Made by a program: the position numbers and the translations under genes. Below are positions 17,885 to 27,092 of a stretch of DNA of 46,474 nucleotides, piece by piece. The notes under the pieces were generated by a model. The model was not told where the DNA came from and did no database searches. It worked only from the letters and a program-made list of their open reading frames with translations. The first letter of the stretch is position 1, and every line of letters starts with the position of its first letter. This stretch comes from Thaumarchaeota archaeon 13_1_40CM_4_38_7 (GTDB lineage: Archaea; Thermoproteota; Nitrososphaeria; Nitrososphaerales; Nitrosopumilaceae): positions 1 through 46,474 of the forward strand of contig MNFB01000008.1 in assembly GCA_001917995.1 (NCBI GenBank), given 5' to 3'.

Positions 17885-19969
17885 ATGGCTGTTGGATCCT
17901 TTGAGTTTGGTTTGAGTGCAAATGCATTGAATGCCTGGGCAGTTTGGATACTTCCATTTGTTGCAGCTGTTGTAATTCCAGGTGTAGCAAAATTCTCAAA
18001 GAAAGCCACTAATGGTGTTGCCGTAGCTTTTGCTCTTGCAAGTGCAATCTCAGCGACTACTCTTCTACCATTAGCTCTTGGTAATAATGAAATTCACAAC
18101 CAAATTCCATGGATCTCATCAATTGGACTTAAGGCAGGAGTATTGGCAGATCCATTAGCAGCTTTAATGAGTAATGTAGTTGCTTGGGTCTCATTTTTGA
18201 TCTTTGTCTACAGCACTGGTTATATGAAAGGCGACAAAGACATTACTCGATTCTGGTTCTGGATGGCATTTTTCGTGGGTTCGATGCAGTTAATTGTATT
18301 GTCAGACAATTTCCTACAACTCTTCTTTGGATGGGAAGGAGTAGGTTTGGCCTCCTACGCATTGGTAGGATTCTGGTATAAAGACAAAAAGAAAGATCAT
18401 GTTGGAATAGAAGGCCGCAGGGTCCTTGGTTTAGTTGATTACTATTCACCAACTCATTCTGGTATTAAGGCATTCATCATGACAAAGGTTGGTGATATCA
18501 TGATGTTAGCTGGGATGTTCCTCATTTTTGCGTTTGCTGGCACATTTGGATTCAGAGAGTTGACGGAGAACACGGCTTGGGCAACTACAATGTCTGCTCA
18601 ACATCTGCTAATTCCTGCAGCCGTGTTACTTTTTGGAGGAGCAATAGGAAAGTCTGCTCAATTCCCTCTTAATGAGTGGTTACTTGAAGCGATGACAGGA
18701 CCTACCGCCGTATCAGCTCTTATTCACGCTGCTACAATGGTCAAAGCAGGAGTATTTTTGGTCGCTAGGCTTGCACCGTTGTTCTTTGCATTGGCTGCAA
18801 TTGGTATCAATATGGATCAGTTCTTTGAAGTAGTAGCATGGGTTGGCGCAATCACAGCATTTTTGCTTGCTACACAAGGAATGGTACATCCTGAAATAAA
18901 GAAAGTTCTCGCGTATTCTACTGGTTCACAAATTGGATATATGATGATGGCACTTGGTGTAGCTGGTCTTTCAAGGCAATTTGTAGATGGTTACACTGCA
19001 GGATTTTTCCATCTTATCTCCCATGCAATGTTCAAAGCTTCTCTGTTCATGGCAGCAGGCTCATTATTGCATATAGTCGGTTCTAGATTTATGACGGACA
19101 TGGGAGGACTGAGGAAATATATGAAAAAGACTTATGCCTTCATGTGGGCAGCAGGATTGGGACTTATGGGAGCTCCATTCATTACTACTGGTTTCTGGAG
19201 CAAGGATGCTATTTTTGCAGCTGTATATGAGTCAGGAAACACATGGGCCCTTCCAATATTTGTTCTAGCATTGATTACAGCAGTAATGACTACTTTCTAT
19301 ACGACTAGGATGATAGGAATGGTCTTCTTTGGTAACAAAAGCAAACATGTGGAAGAAATGGAGAAGGAGGGCTATCACATTCACGAAGCAAGCCCATCAA
19401 TGTGGATTCCATATGGAATTCTTGCAGTACTAACAATTGGAATTGGCGTTGTTGGTCTTGCCTTTGAACATCAGATACATGACATTTTCACAGAGTATCT
19501 AGCGTCAGCATTTGGAATAAAATCAGATATGGCAAATGTCGCAAAGGAATCTCAATCCGTATTAGGTGGCTTTTTAGAAGGGGTTAATCCCGTTGCACTC
19601 GTATCCTCACTTTCTGCGTTTGCGATTGGATTTGGACTTGGATATATCTTCTACATAGGAAGATTTGTAGATTCTACAAAATTTGTAAATTCAAATATCT
19701 TCTTTTATGCCATACACAAGTTTTTCTTAAACAGATGGTACCTTAATGCATTAATCTACTGGGGGTTCGTTGTGGCGCCTTTATACTTTGCCAGAGGCGT
19801 TTATCGTTACTTTGAGAATATTGTAATAGAGGGGTTCAACCTAGTACCAGAAAAAACGATGGCAGGCGGTGCAAGAATAATGCAAGCTACACAGACGGGG
19901 ATCTCACAGTCATATCTTTATGTTTTTGGTGCTGGTATCCTGATCGTTGTATTACTTTTACTAATTTAG
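17885..19969 (+). CDS. nuoL: Complex I subunit L
   Basis: GWEGVG, GKSAQFP, AMTGPTAVSALIHAATMV and HAMFKA motifs. Confidence 0.95.
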   Translation: MAVGSFEFGLSANALNAWAVWILPFVAAVVIPGVAKFSKKATNGVAVAFALASAISATTLLPLALGNNEIHNQIPWISSIGLKAGVLADPLAALMSNVVAWVSFLIFVYSTGYMKGDKDITRFWFWMAFFVGSMQLIVLSDNFLQLFFGWEGVGLASYALVGFWYKDKKKDHVGIEGRRVLGLVDYYSPTHSGIKAFIMTKVGDIMMLAGMFLIFAFAGTFGFRELTENTAWATTMSAQHLLIPAAVLLFGGAIGKSAQFPLNEWLLEAMTGPTAVSALIHAATMVKAGVFLVARLAPLFFALAAIGINMDQFFEVVAWVGAITAFLLATQGMVHPEIKKVLAYSTGSQIGYMMMALGVAGLSRQFVDGYTAGFFHLISHAMFKASLFMAAGSLLHIVGSRFMTDMGGLRKYMKKTYAFMWAAGLGLMGAPFITTGFWSKDAIFAAVYESGNTWALPIFVLALITAVMTTFYTTRMIGMVFFGNKSKHVEEMEKEGYHIHEASPSMWIPYGILAVLTIGIGVVGLAFEHQIHDIFTEYLASAFGIKSDMANVAKESQSVLGGFLEGVNPVALVSSLSAFAIGFGLGYIFYIGRFVDSTKFVNSNIFFYAIHKFFLNRWYLNALIYWGFVVAPLYFARGVYRYFENIVIEGFNLVPEKTMAGGARIMQATQTGISQSYLYVFGAGILIVVLLLLI

Positions 19970-19979
19970 GAGATATGAA

Positions 19980-21467
19980 ATGATAGACTTTACCTCAACA
20001 CCAATAATCTTAACCATGATGCTGGGGTCTGTTGGAGTAATTATTCCTGTAATTAGTGTGGCAAGAAAAGAGAAAGGTTCCTCACTTTATGGTGGAATAG
20101 CTTTTGCAGCATTAATTTCAGCTATATCATTTGTAGGATATCAAATAGTTTCAAAACATGTCACACCGGCAGCAATTTTTTCAAAGAATGTTCTAGTTGA
20201 TGATACATTTGGTTCTTTCTTTGCAATTGCTATGTTGATTGTTGCAATAATGACAACGGTAGGCTCGTTCAACTACATGCGAGGCAAGACTAGCCCAGCT
20301 GTGTATTATTCTCTAATTCTGCTGTCATCAATTGGAATGGTGCTCATAGCTTACTCAACTGATCTGGTAATGTTATTTGTTGCTTGGGAACTCATGAGCA
20401 TTCCTACATATGTTCTTGCTGGATTTGCGAAAAAAGATCCATCCTCCAATGAGGCTGCTCTGAAATACTTCCTGTTTGGTGCACTTTCATCAGGAATCAT
20501 AATCTATGGAATTTCAATAGCATATGGTATAACCGGTTCTACAAACATAGGGCAAGTCATTGCAGGATTCTCGAAGCTTGGACCAGACATGACGCCTCTT
20601 GCGCTTTTAGCTGTTGCCATGTTTATAGCTGGTTTTGGATTCAAAATAGGTTTGGTGCCTTTCCATATGTGGCTTCCAGACACGTACGAAGGAGCACCTC
20701 CAACCATATCGGCACTACTTGCAGCAGGCACAAAGAAAGCTGGCTTTGCTGCTGCTTTGAGAGTCATTATAATGGGCGCAATAGCGCTTGATCTGAATTG
20801 GGCTTTTGCTCTTGCCATTATTGCAATTGTTACTATGACTGTTGGAAATCTTGCTGCAATAATGCAGAAGAATCTTCCTAGGATGCTAGCTTATTCTAGT
20901 ATAGGTCATGCTGGATACATTTTGATTGGTCTTAGCATTGCACCATTTTCGCAGATTGGCATACAAGCTTCACTGTTTCATATCCTAAATCACGCGGTCA
21001 TGAAAGCTTCTGCATTCATAGCAGTGGCTGGAATAATTACTACCTTGTCAGTTTCACACATTGACAAGATACGTGGACTCGGTAAAAGAATGCCAATTAC
21101 TTCACTTGGTTTGGTGATATCTCTTCTTGCGCTTGCTGGGGTTCCTCCACTCAACGGATTCTGGAGTAAGCTTATGTTGTTTGGGGCAGCAATAAACGCA
21201 GGCTCCGTGATGTCATGGGCTCCGTATTTAGCTGTCGCTGGAGTTCTTAACAGTGCTCTTTCTCTTGCATATTATGGTTGGATAATACGAAAGATGTACT
21301 TTGAAGAAGGCGAGTCAGAAAAAAGAGTGAAAGAACCAAAATCAGTTATTGCTGTTATGATATTTTCAATAATTTTCATCGTTGGAATAGGAGTTTATCC
21401 AGATCCATTTATTGAATTTGCAAAATCTGCTGTACCGGCATTAACTAATGTGACCACTATGCACTGA
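19980..21467 (+). CDS. nuoN: Complex I subunit N
   Basis: EAALKYF, FKIGLVPFHMWLPDTYEGAP and AYSSIGHAG motifs. Confidence 0.95.
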   Translation: MIDFTSTPIILTMMLGSVGVIIPVISVARKEKGSSLYGGIAFAALISAISFVGYQIVSKHVTPAAIFSKNVLVDDTFGSFFAIAMLIVAIMTTVGSFNYMRGKTSPAVYYSLILLSSIGMVLIAYSTDLVMLFVAWELMSIPTYVLAGFAKKDPSSNEAALKYFLFGALSSGIIIYGISIAYGITGSTNIGQVIAGFSKLGPDMTPLALLAVAMFIAGFGFKIGLVPFHMWLPDTYEGAPPTISALLAAGTKKAGFAAALRVIIMGAIALDLNWAFALAIIAIVTMTVGNLAAIMQKNLPRMLAYSSIGHAGYILIGLSIAPFSQIGIQASLFHILNHAVMKASAFIAVAGIITTLSVSHIDKIRGLGKRMPITSLGLVISLLALAGVPPLNGFWSKLMLFGAAINAGSVMSWAPYLAVAGVLNSALSLAYYGWIIRKMYFEEGESEKRVKEPKSVIAVMIFSIIFIVGIGVYPDPFIEFAKSAVPALTNVTTMH

Positions 21468-22308
21468 GCATAGTTAAATCCACGAGACTTTCAAGTTGCA
21501 TTCTGGAAGCACTGTCATTAATTTTTCTAAGTGCTGTTTTTGCTTTCTTAGAATAATTGTTCAGCAGCATATCCATATGATCAAACACAACACGAGGATC
21601 AGAACTTTTCTTGATTAGTATGTTGAATAGCTTATCTTCATTGTTCCAGTCCTGTAAGTCATCACGAATTTGATATGCTATTCCCATATTCTTACCATAT
21701 TCTGCAAGCGCTAGTATCTGCTCTTCGTTACCACTGCCTAATATTGCCCCTATTTTTGATGCTGCCTCGAACGCAGTAGCAGTCTTGTATTCTATGACTT
21801 TTAGATAATCATCAAAGGTGATATCTTCGCTTGTCTCTAATCTAGTTTCAATCATTTCCCCATCACTCATCATCATAGCGGTATTTGCAAGTTCTCTTGC
21901 TATCCTTGGATTATCCAAACGAGACGATATGTTTAAGATCAAGCCAAGAACGAAATCTCCAGTAATTATACTTGTATTGTATCCATACTTGATGTGAAAA
22001 GGATCTTTTCTTCTCCTTAGAATTTCATTATCAATAATGTCGTCATGAATTACAGATTCGGTGTGTAATAGCTCCACAGCACAAGCAGCAACGTATGAAT
22101 TTTTGTCACAATTGCCGGCGCTTTCTGATGATAATATTAGAATTAAAGGTCGTATTCTCTTCCCACCCTCTAGAGCATACTGAAGTGGTTCAAAGAATTC
22201 TGAAGATGAATAAAGTTCTAATTCATGCTTAAGGACTAGATCAATTTTATCAATGTAATTTCTATAGTCTTTTATGAGAGGGTTTATCTCGAAATTTTTT
22301 CTATCCAA
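21457..22308 (-). CDS. trans-Polyprenyl diphosphate synthase
   Basis: GGKRIRP, first Asp-rich motif HDDIID..RR, KT, and second Asp-rich motif YQIRDDLQD. Confidence 0.92.
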   Translation of the reverse strand: MDRKNFEINPLIKDYRNYIDKIDLVLKHELELYSSSEFFEPLQYALEGGKRIRPLILILSSESAGNCDKNSYVAACAVELLHTESVIHDDIIDNEILRRRKDPFHIKYGYNTSIITGDFVLGLILNISSRLDNPRIARELANTAMMMSDGEMIETRLETSEDITFDDYLKVIEYKTATAFEAASKIGAILGSGNEEQILALAEYGKNMGIAYQIRDDLQDWNNEDKLFNILIKKSSDPRVVFDHMDMLLNNYSKKAKTALRKINDSASRMQLESLVDLTMLSA

Positions 22309-22359
22309 AAATTTGCACTAAGGAGCGTAAACCGCAGTAAATATTAATGCTTTTGTAGG

Positions 22360-22451
22360 TGCTCCAGCCGGGATTTTCATCGTTTAGAATTTGAACCCGG
22401 GATCCCCGGCTTGAAAGGCCGATATGCTTGACCGGTCTACACCACTGGAGC
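22360..22451 (-). tRNA. tRNA-Glu(TTC) with 16-nt intron at 59/60 (22374-22389)
   Basis: GCTCCAG/CTGGAGC acceptor stem and TCGGC-CTTTCAA-GCCGG anticodon arm. The T-loop is interrupted by a bulge-helix-bulge intron. Confidence 0.94.
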
Positions 22452-22535
22452 CCGCAGTGCATCCTGTATATTATCCATAAAATCCTTTTGAAGTGATTCA
22501 AAAGATTTTTTTATTGCCATACTTTGATAATTCGC

Positions 22536-23174
22536 ATGAATTCACTTGTCCAAAGAATTGACAACATAATTGACGAGCAAAGTTTGCTAAAACACAAATT
22601 TTATGTAATGTGGAATGAAGGAAAGCTATCTCTTGAATCTCTTAATGGTTATTCTAAAGAATACTTTCAGGTAGTGAAATCTGTTCCTTCTTTAGTGGGT
22701 GCAATAATGGAAACTTGTCCTTATAATATAAGAAGTAAGCTTGCTTCAAACAAACAAGAAGAATACGAACACATTGAGCCATGGATAAAATTTGCTAGTG
22801 CTGTAGGGGTATCTCGAACGGAACTTGAAAACTACGAAGGTCTAGATAAAACAAGGCATGCCATATCAAACCTATCGGGCTTAATGAATTCATTCGAGGC
22901 TGGAGCTTCAGCAATGTATGCTTTGGAACAAGAAATTCCAAAAATAAGCATCTCCAAGATTGATGGTTTAAGGAAATTCTATGGCATTACTGATGATGAC
23001 TCGATAGACTACTTTAGAATCCATACTGAAGCAGACATAAGACACGCTGCACTTTGGAGGAAAATCCTTGAAAATATTCCAGCATCAAGAGAAGATGATC
23101 TAGTTCAGATAGCTAGCAAATCACTAGCTGCCCAAAATCTCTTACTTGATAGCTGTTACGAGGCATACTGTTAA
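22536..23174 (+). CDS. CADD/PqqC/TenA-like heme-oxygenase-fold di-metal protein, candidate pABA synthase
   Basis: HKFYVMW..GKL, EEYEH, YALE, KIDGL and H.EADIRH motifs. Confidence 0.8.
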   Translation: MNSLVQRIDNIIDEQSLLKHKFYVMWNEGKLSLESLNGYSKEYFQVVKSVPSLVGAIMETCPYNIRSKLASNKQEEYEHIEPWIKFASAVGVSRTELENYEGLDKTRHAISNLSGLMNSFEAGASAMYALEQEIPKISISKIDGLRKFYGITDDDSIDYFRIHTEADIRHAALWRKILENIPASREDDLVQIASKSLAAQNLLLDSCYEAYC

Positions 23175-23216
23175 CTCTATACCATTTTATACTGCGTGCC
23201 AAATTGTTTTTTGGTG

Positions 23217-23290
23217 GGGCCCATAACTCAGCTTGGTAGAGTAACCGGCTCATAACCGGTGAGCCAAGGGATCGAAGCCCTTTGGGCCCA
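23217..23290 (+). tRNA. tRNA with CAT anticodon, most likely tRNA-Ile2
   Basis: GGGCCCA/TGGGCCC acceptor stem and ACCGG-CTCATAA-CCGGT anticodon arm. The GGGCCC start is typical of archaeal Ile tRNAs; there is no initiator A1-U72 pair or GGG/CCC anticodon stem. Confidence 0.88.
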
Positions 23291-23453
23291 CTAAATTCTC
23301 TTGATTTGTTTTTGATTTAAGAATAATTGCCAAAGAACAAGATCAGGATATCGTAAGATTGCAAATGTTAATTGATGAATTCAGTTTTTTGACCTACTTG
23401 TTACACGTCTACGCAGTATGCTAATTTTAAAATAAGCAATAAACTACCACGGG

Positions 23454-23521
23454 TTGGCTGCAATGAGGAATCAGAGTTATGGCTGATACAATGATGTAAA
23501 GGCATTTGACTGAGCTGCCAA
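23454..23521 (+). ncRNA. Candidate dual-guide C/D-box sRNA
   Basis: Terminal stem TTGGC/GCCAA. C box ATGAGGA 23463-69, D' CTGA 23483-86, C' ATGATGT 23491-97, D CTGA 23510-13, with 13- and 12-nt guides. TTTTAAAA at 23425-32. Confidence 0.82.
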
Positions 23522-23612
23522 AATTGTTTAGTAGATCTGGATGGATTTGATACGAATAACATCAATAAGCGACGTTACAGAGTATATATAAAGCCCATAT
23601 ATAAAGACCAGA

Positions 23613-24176
23613 ATGCCTCAAACAAAACCTATCGTAAGCATAGAAAATGTTGTGGCTTCGGCTTCGGTTGATCAAAGAATTGATCTTAATGTCATAACTC
23701 AAACTTTTCCAGATGTTGAATATCATCCTGATCAATTCCCAGGTCTAGTCTTCAGACTAAAATCACCCAAGACTGCAACACTGATTTTTAGTTCTGGTAA
23801 GATGGTTTGCACTGGCGCAAAATCAGAAGAACAGGCAATTAAAGCAGTTAGAAGCGTTGTTCAAAAACTAAGGAAAGGCGGAATCAAAATAAAAAAAGAT
23901 GCCGTAATAATCATACAGAACATGGTAGCGTCTGCTAGCCTTGGAGGAAAGATACATCTGGAACAAGCCGCAAGAAGCCTACCAAGAAGCATGTACGAAC
24001 CGGAACAATTCCCTGGTCTAATACACAGAATGCTTGATCCCAAAACCGTCATTCTGCTGTTTGCGTCTGGAAAACTTGTATGTACTGGAGCAAAAAAGGA
24101 ATCCGATGTATATCGATCAGTACACAACCTACACACACTTCTTGAAGAAAAAGAGCTAATGATCTACGAAAGCTAA
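23613..24176 (+). CDS. tbp: TATA-box binding protein
   Basis: Two TBP repeats (NVVAS...YHPDQFPGL...LIFSSGKMVCTG and NMVAS...YEPEQFPGL...LFASGKLVCTG). Confidence 0.98.
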   Translation: MPQTKPIVSIENVVASASVDQRIDLNVITQTFPDVEYHPDQFPGLVFRLKSPKTATLIFSSGKMVCTGAKSEEQAIKAVRSVVQKLRKGGIKIKKDAVIIIQNMVASASLGGKIHLEQAARSLPRSMYEPEQFPGLIHRMLDPKTVILLFASGKLVCTGAKKESDVYRSVHNLHTLLEEKELMIYES

Positions 24177-24196
24177 CTCTACAAGCCTCTTTGGCT

Positions 24197-24805
24197 TCAG
24201 ACTAGGCTCATTTGTTTTTTAATGCGACTAAGTGTCTGCTCATCAAGCAGCTTTGCATCATACAAGATATTTGAGATTGTTAGAACATCAGTCAACTCAT
24301 ATAACTTGACATTATGTGACGCTAACAGCTCTCGCGCTCCTTCAAATCTATTTACTATTACAAACGCAGTCGTAACGACCATTTTAGCATCTTTTAGAGC
24401 TTTTATGGCATTCAGTAGAGATAGACCCGTAGTGCCTACATCATCAATAAGTAGTATTCTTGAGCTTTCAGAAACTTTACCTTCTATAACGCTTCCTGTA
24501 CCATAGTCTTTGGGTTTCTGTCTTATGTAAATCAGAGGTTTTATCGTTTCAAAGGACAAGGCAGAAGCTATTACAAGTCCAAATGTTGGCACTGATGCAA
24601 TACAGTCAAAACTGTCTAAACCAGTTTTTTCCGATATTAAATTTTGTAACGCTTTTACCATCTTTCTAAACTGATGGGGATAACTTGGTACTAACCTGAG
24701 ATCAATGTAATAGACGCTATCTTTACCACTGGAGAGTTTGAAATTGCCAAACTTGATAGCACCACTTTCTTGTAAGAATATTGCAAACTCTTTGACAAAA
24801 TCCAC
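24197..24805 (-). CDS. pyrE: Orotate phosphoribosyltransferase
   Basis: FKLSSG..S.YYIDLR motif and PRPP-binding LIDDVGTTG. Confidence 0.93.
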   Translation of the reverse strand: MDFVKEFAIFLQESGAIKFGNFKLSSGKDSVYYIDLRLVPSYPHQFRKMVKALQNLISEKTGLDSFDCIASVPTFGLVIASALSFETIKPLIYIRQKPKDYGTGSVIEGKVSESSRILLIDDVGTTGLSLLNAIKALKDAKMVVTTAFVIVNRFEGARELLASHNVKLYELTDVLTISNILYDAKLLDEQTLSRIKKQMSLV

Positions 24806-24855
24806 AGCAAAATTTATTGAACTAGATTTATTTTAACTGTTTCATCGGGTATTGT

Positions 24856-25944
24856 ATGCCAGAGATTTGGCTCAGTTATGGCCCTACAGATGTTGTGCTT
24901 GACGTAAAGGCAGAGAATCTTGAGAAGCAAATAGAACCAGGAGGTACAAGTTTGACTGATTCTGAGATTACTTCCAAGCTTGCAGCTGTAGACATGACAA
25001 AACCTACTGAACTAGTCATTATGGAATATACCAAATCTGTTCAGAAAGTGATTTCGACCTTACTTGAAATGTGTGCACAGAAATCGCTTGCAAAACCGAA
25101 AATTCTCATTGATAAATCAAACTTACATTTAGCAAAAAGTGTCTTTTCTGATCCATTCATATCAATATCTGAATTTGATATCTCTCAACTTTCTAACGCT
25201 AATCTTGTTTTTGTTGGCGAAATGGAATTTGACGGTTTGTTTGGATATAACACTGTATCTACTAAACTACTAAGAAGATTTGGAAAAGAAAACATGTTAG
25301 AAGCATATGAGAAAAGAAATGGAAATCTACCCTCACCAGGCGAAGAGCTCAGAACAATGGATGTTGCAAAAAGATTCGCTGATGGCTTTGAGATAGCCTC
25401 AATAGAGATTGTTGCAAACCAGACAGGAATTGTTGACATCTCCACAGGTCACCCATCATCTACCATCTCTATTTCTAAATCGTTATCGTCTATAGCAGTA
25501 AATGAAATAGGTAAACACAGAATAATCATAATTAGTACTGGAAAGGAAGTCAGTAATGAAACGTTGAGCAGGTCACTTTCTGCAGTTTGGAATTGCTCAA
25601 ACGCAGTAAAAGAAGAAGGTCTTGCAATTCTCTTGGCCGAATGCAAAAATGGTTTAGGCTCTGATGCCATACAACAATATGTAGAGGGCCGTATGAGTCT
25701 AGACAGATTAAAAAGTCCTGCAAGATATGTTGATGGAATGGAAGATCTCTTGTTTTTGACCGAGATTGGAAAGAAATTCAAAATAGGAATTGTATCCATC
25801 TTGCCTCACTTTTACACAAAAGATAAACTTGCAATGATCCCATTTGGAGGAACAAAAGAAGCTATGGACTATGTTCTTAAGACGTTTGGAGAAAAACAAA
25901 AGATCGCTATAGTATCTGACGGCTCACACGTATTACTTAGGTAA
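24856..25944 (+). CDS. LarA/DUF2088-like protein, apparently degenerate
   Basis: Weak resemblance: N-terminal I.L.YG, G..ILLAEC..GLG and C-terminal IAIVSDG. Confidence 0.55.
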   Translation: MPEIWLSYGPTDVVLDVKAENLEKQIEPGGTSLTDSEITSKLAAVDMTKPTELVIMEYTKSVQKVISTLLEMCAQKSLAKPKILIDKSNLHLAKSVFSDPFISISEFDISQLSNANLVFVGEMEFDGLFGYNTVSTKLLRRFGKENMLEAYEKRNGNLPSPGEELRTMDVAKRFADGFEIASIEIVANQTGIVDISTGHPSSTISISKSLSSIAVNEIGKHRIIIISTGKEVSNETLSRSLSAVWNCSNAVKEEGLAILLAECKNGLGSDAIQQYVEGRMSLDRLKSPARYVDGMEDLLFLTEIGKKFKIGIVSILPHFYTKDKLAMIPFGGTKEAMDYVLKTFGEKQKIAIVSDGSHVLLR

Positions 25945-27015
25945 TATCGAAAATGGTAGAGGAGCACAAAGAAAGGCAAGTATCATTACTAATACGAACA
26001 TCCATCTTCGCTTCCTAGATAGTGGCGAAATATCGTCTAGCGGTTTAACATCAGGACTTCTCATGCTAAATATCAACACAAGAAATGCCATGGGAAAATA
26101 CTGAAGTGAAGCTAAGACGCCTACACTTACAAAAGTCAGAATCTTGTGCAATTTCAATCCAAATGTTGCTCTTGCAATATGCCCACCATCAAGCTGCCAT
26201 GCGGGAAGGAGATTAAGGAATGTAAGGAGAAAACCAAACCACGCTGCAAGTAAAACTGGTGACATTATGAGATCTTTATCTGGAAGATGTTTTCCCATCA
26301 AGACAATTGTTGAATCCATCAGAATGCTTGAATGTATTTCACTAAGTCCTGATTTTGCCGAAAGCTCTTCAGCCACTGAGCTTTGTACCAACGGTGATAC
26401 ATAGGCTCCATAGGTTGAAACAATAACAGCTATGATAAGACCTGCTATTGGGCCTGAAATTCCTATATCAAAAAGTATGTTTCTATTTATGATCAAGCCT
26501 CGAGATTTTATAATAGCTCCGAAAGTGGGTATAAAACCAATTACAGGAATTCCGGGAATAAAATAAGGCCAGCTAACTCTAAGTCGATGTTTCTTTGCAG
26601 CAATGATATGACCTAATTCATGAATTCCAAGTATCCCCATCAGCGATATCGTATACAAAATAGCTATGGTGAGAGGATCCCCCACCTTTACGATTGAATT
26701 CGTAGATATGGCTCTGTAATAACCATCAATCATTACAGTTGTTATCGTTGCAGCAAATAGAACGCGAGGAATCCAAGTCTTCTTTGTTGCAGGAGATTCA
26801 AACCTTGATATTATGATGAACATTCTTTCGTTACGCCTTTCAAGTTGTGCGATTAGATTTTTCGGTTCTATCTTTTGTACCAGATCACGAAATTTTCGAG
26901 TAGGGTCAACTTCTTCAATTTCAATTTCTAACGTACTTGGGCTCTGATTAATTCGCTTTATCGTAAATAAAGCAGAAACAATTGAAACGATTTCGTCCAC
27001 TGTGGGTACACTCAA
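25933..27015 (-). CDS. Site-2 protease (M50) intramembrane metalloprotease
   Basis: HELGH, GP.AG and NLLPAWQLDGGH motifs; multiple TM segments. Confidence 0.93.
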   Translation of the reverse strand: MSVPTVDEIVSIVSALFTIKRINQSPSTLEIEIEEVDPTRKFRDLVQKIEPKNLIAQLERRNERMFIIISRFESPATKKTWIPRVLFAATITTVMIDGYYRAISTNSIVKVGDPLTIAILYTISLMGILGIHELGHIIAAKKHRLRVSWPYFIPGIPVIGFIPTFGAIIKSRGLIINRNILFDIGISGPIAGLIIAVIVSTYGAYVSPLVQSSVAEELSAKSGLSEIHSSILMDSTIVLMGKHLPDKDLIMSPVLLAAWFGFLLTFLNLLPAWQLDGGHIARATFGLKLHKILTFVSVGVLASLQYFPMAFLVLIFSMRSPDVKPLDDISPLSRKRRWMFVLVMILAFLCAPLPFSILPK

Positions 27016-27092
27016 TATCCTTTCTAGAATACCTTCAAATTAATTCTTTTATTTGCTTAAAGTTAAATAATTAATAATTCAAGTACTTTCAG

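Noticed and set aside
10987-21467. Complex I lacking nuoEFG and with M before L
   Set aside because: This is the normal arrangement in AOA and is not novel.
22301-22501. 66-aa minus-strand ORF
   Set aside because: It overlaps tRNA-Glu and is spurious.
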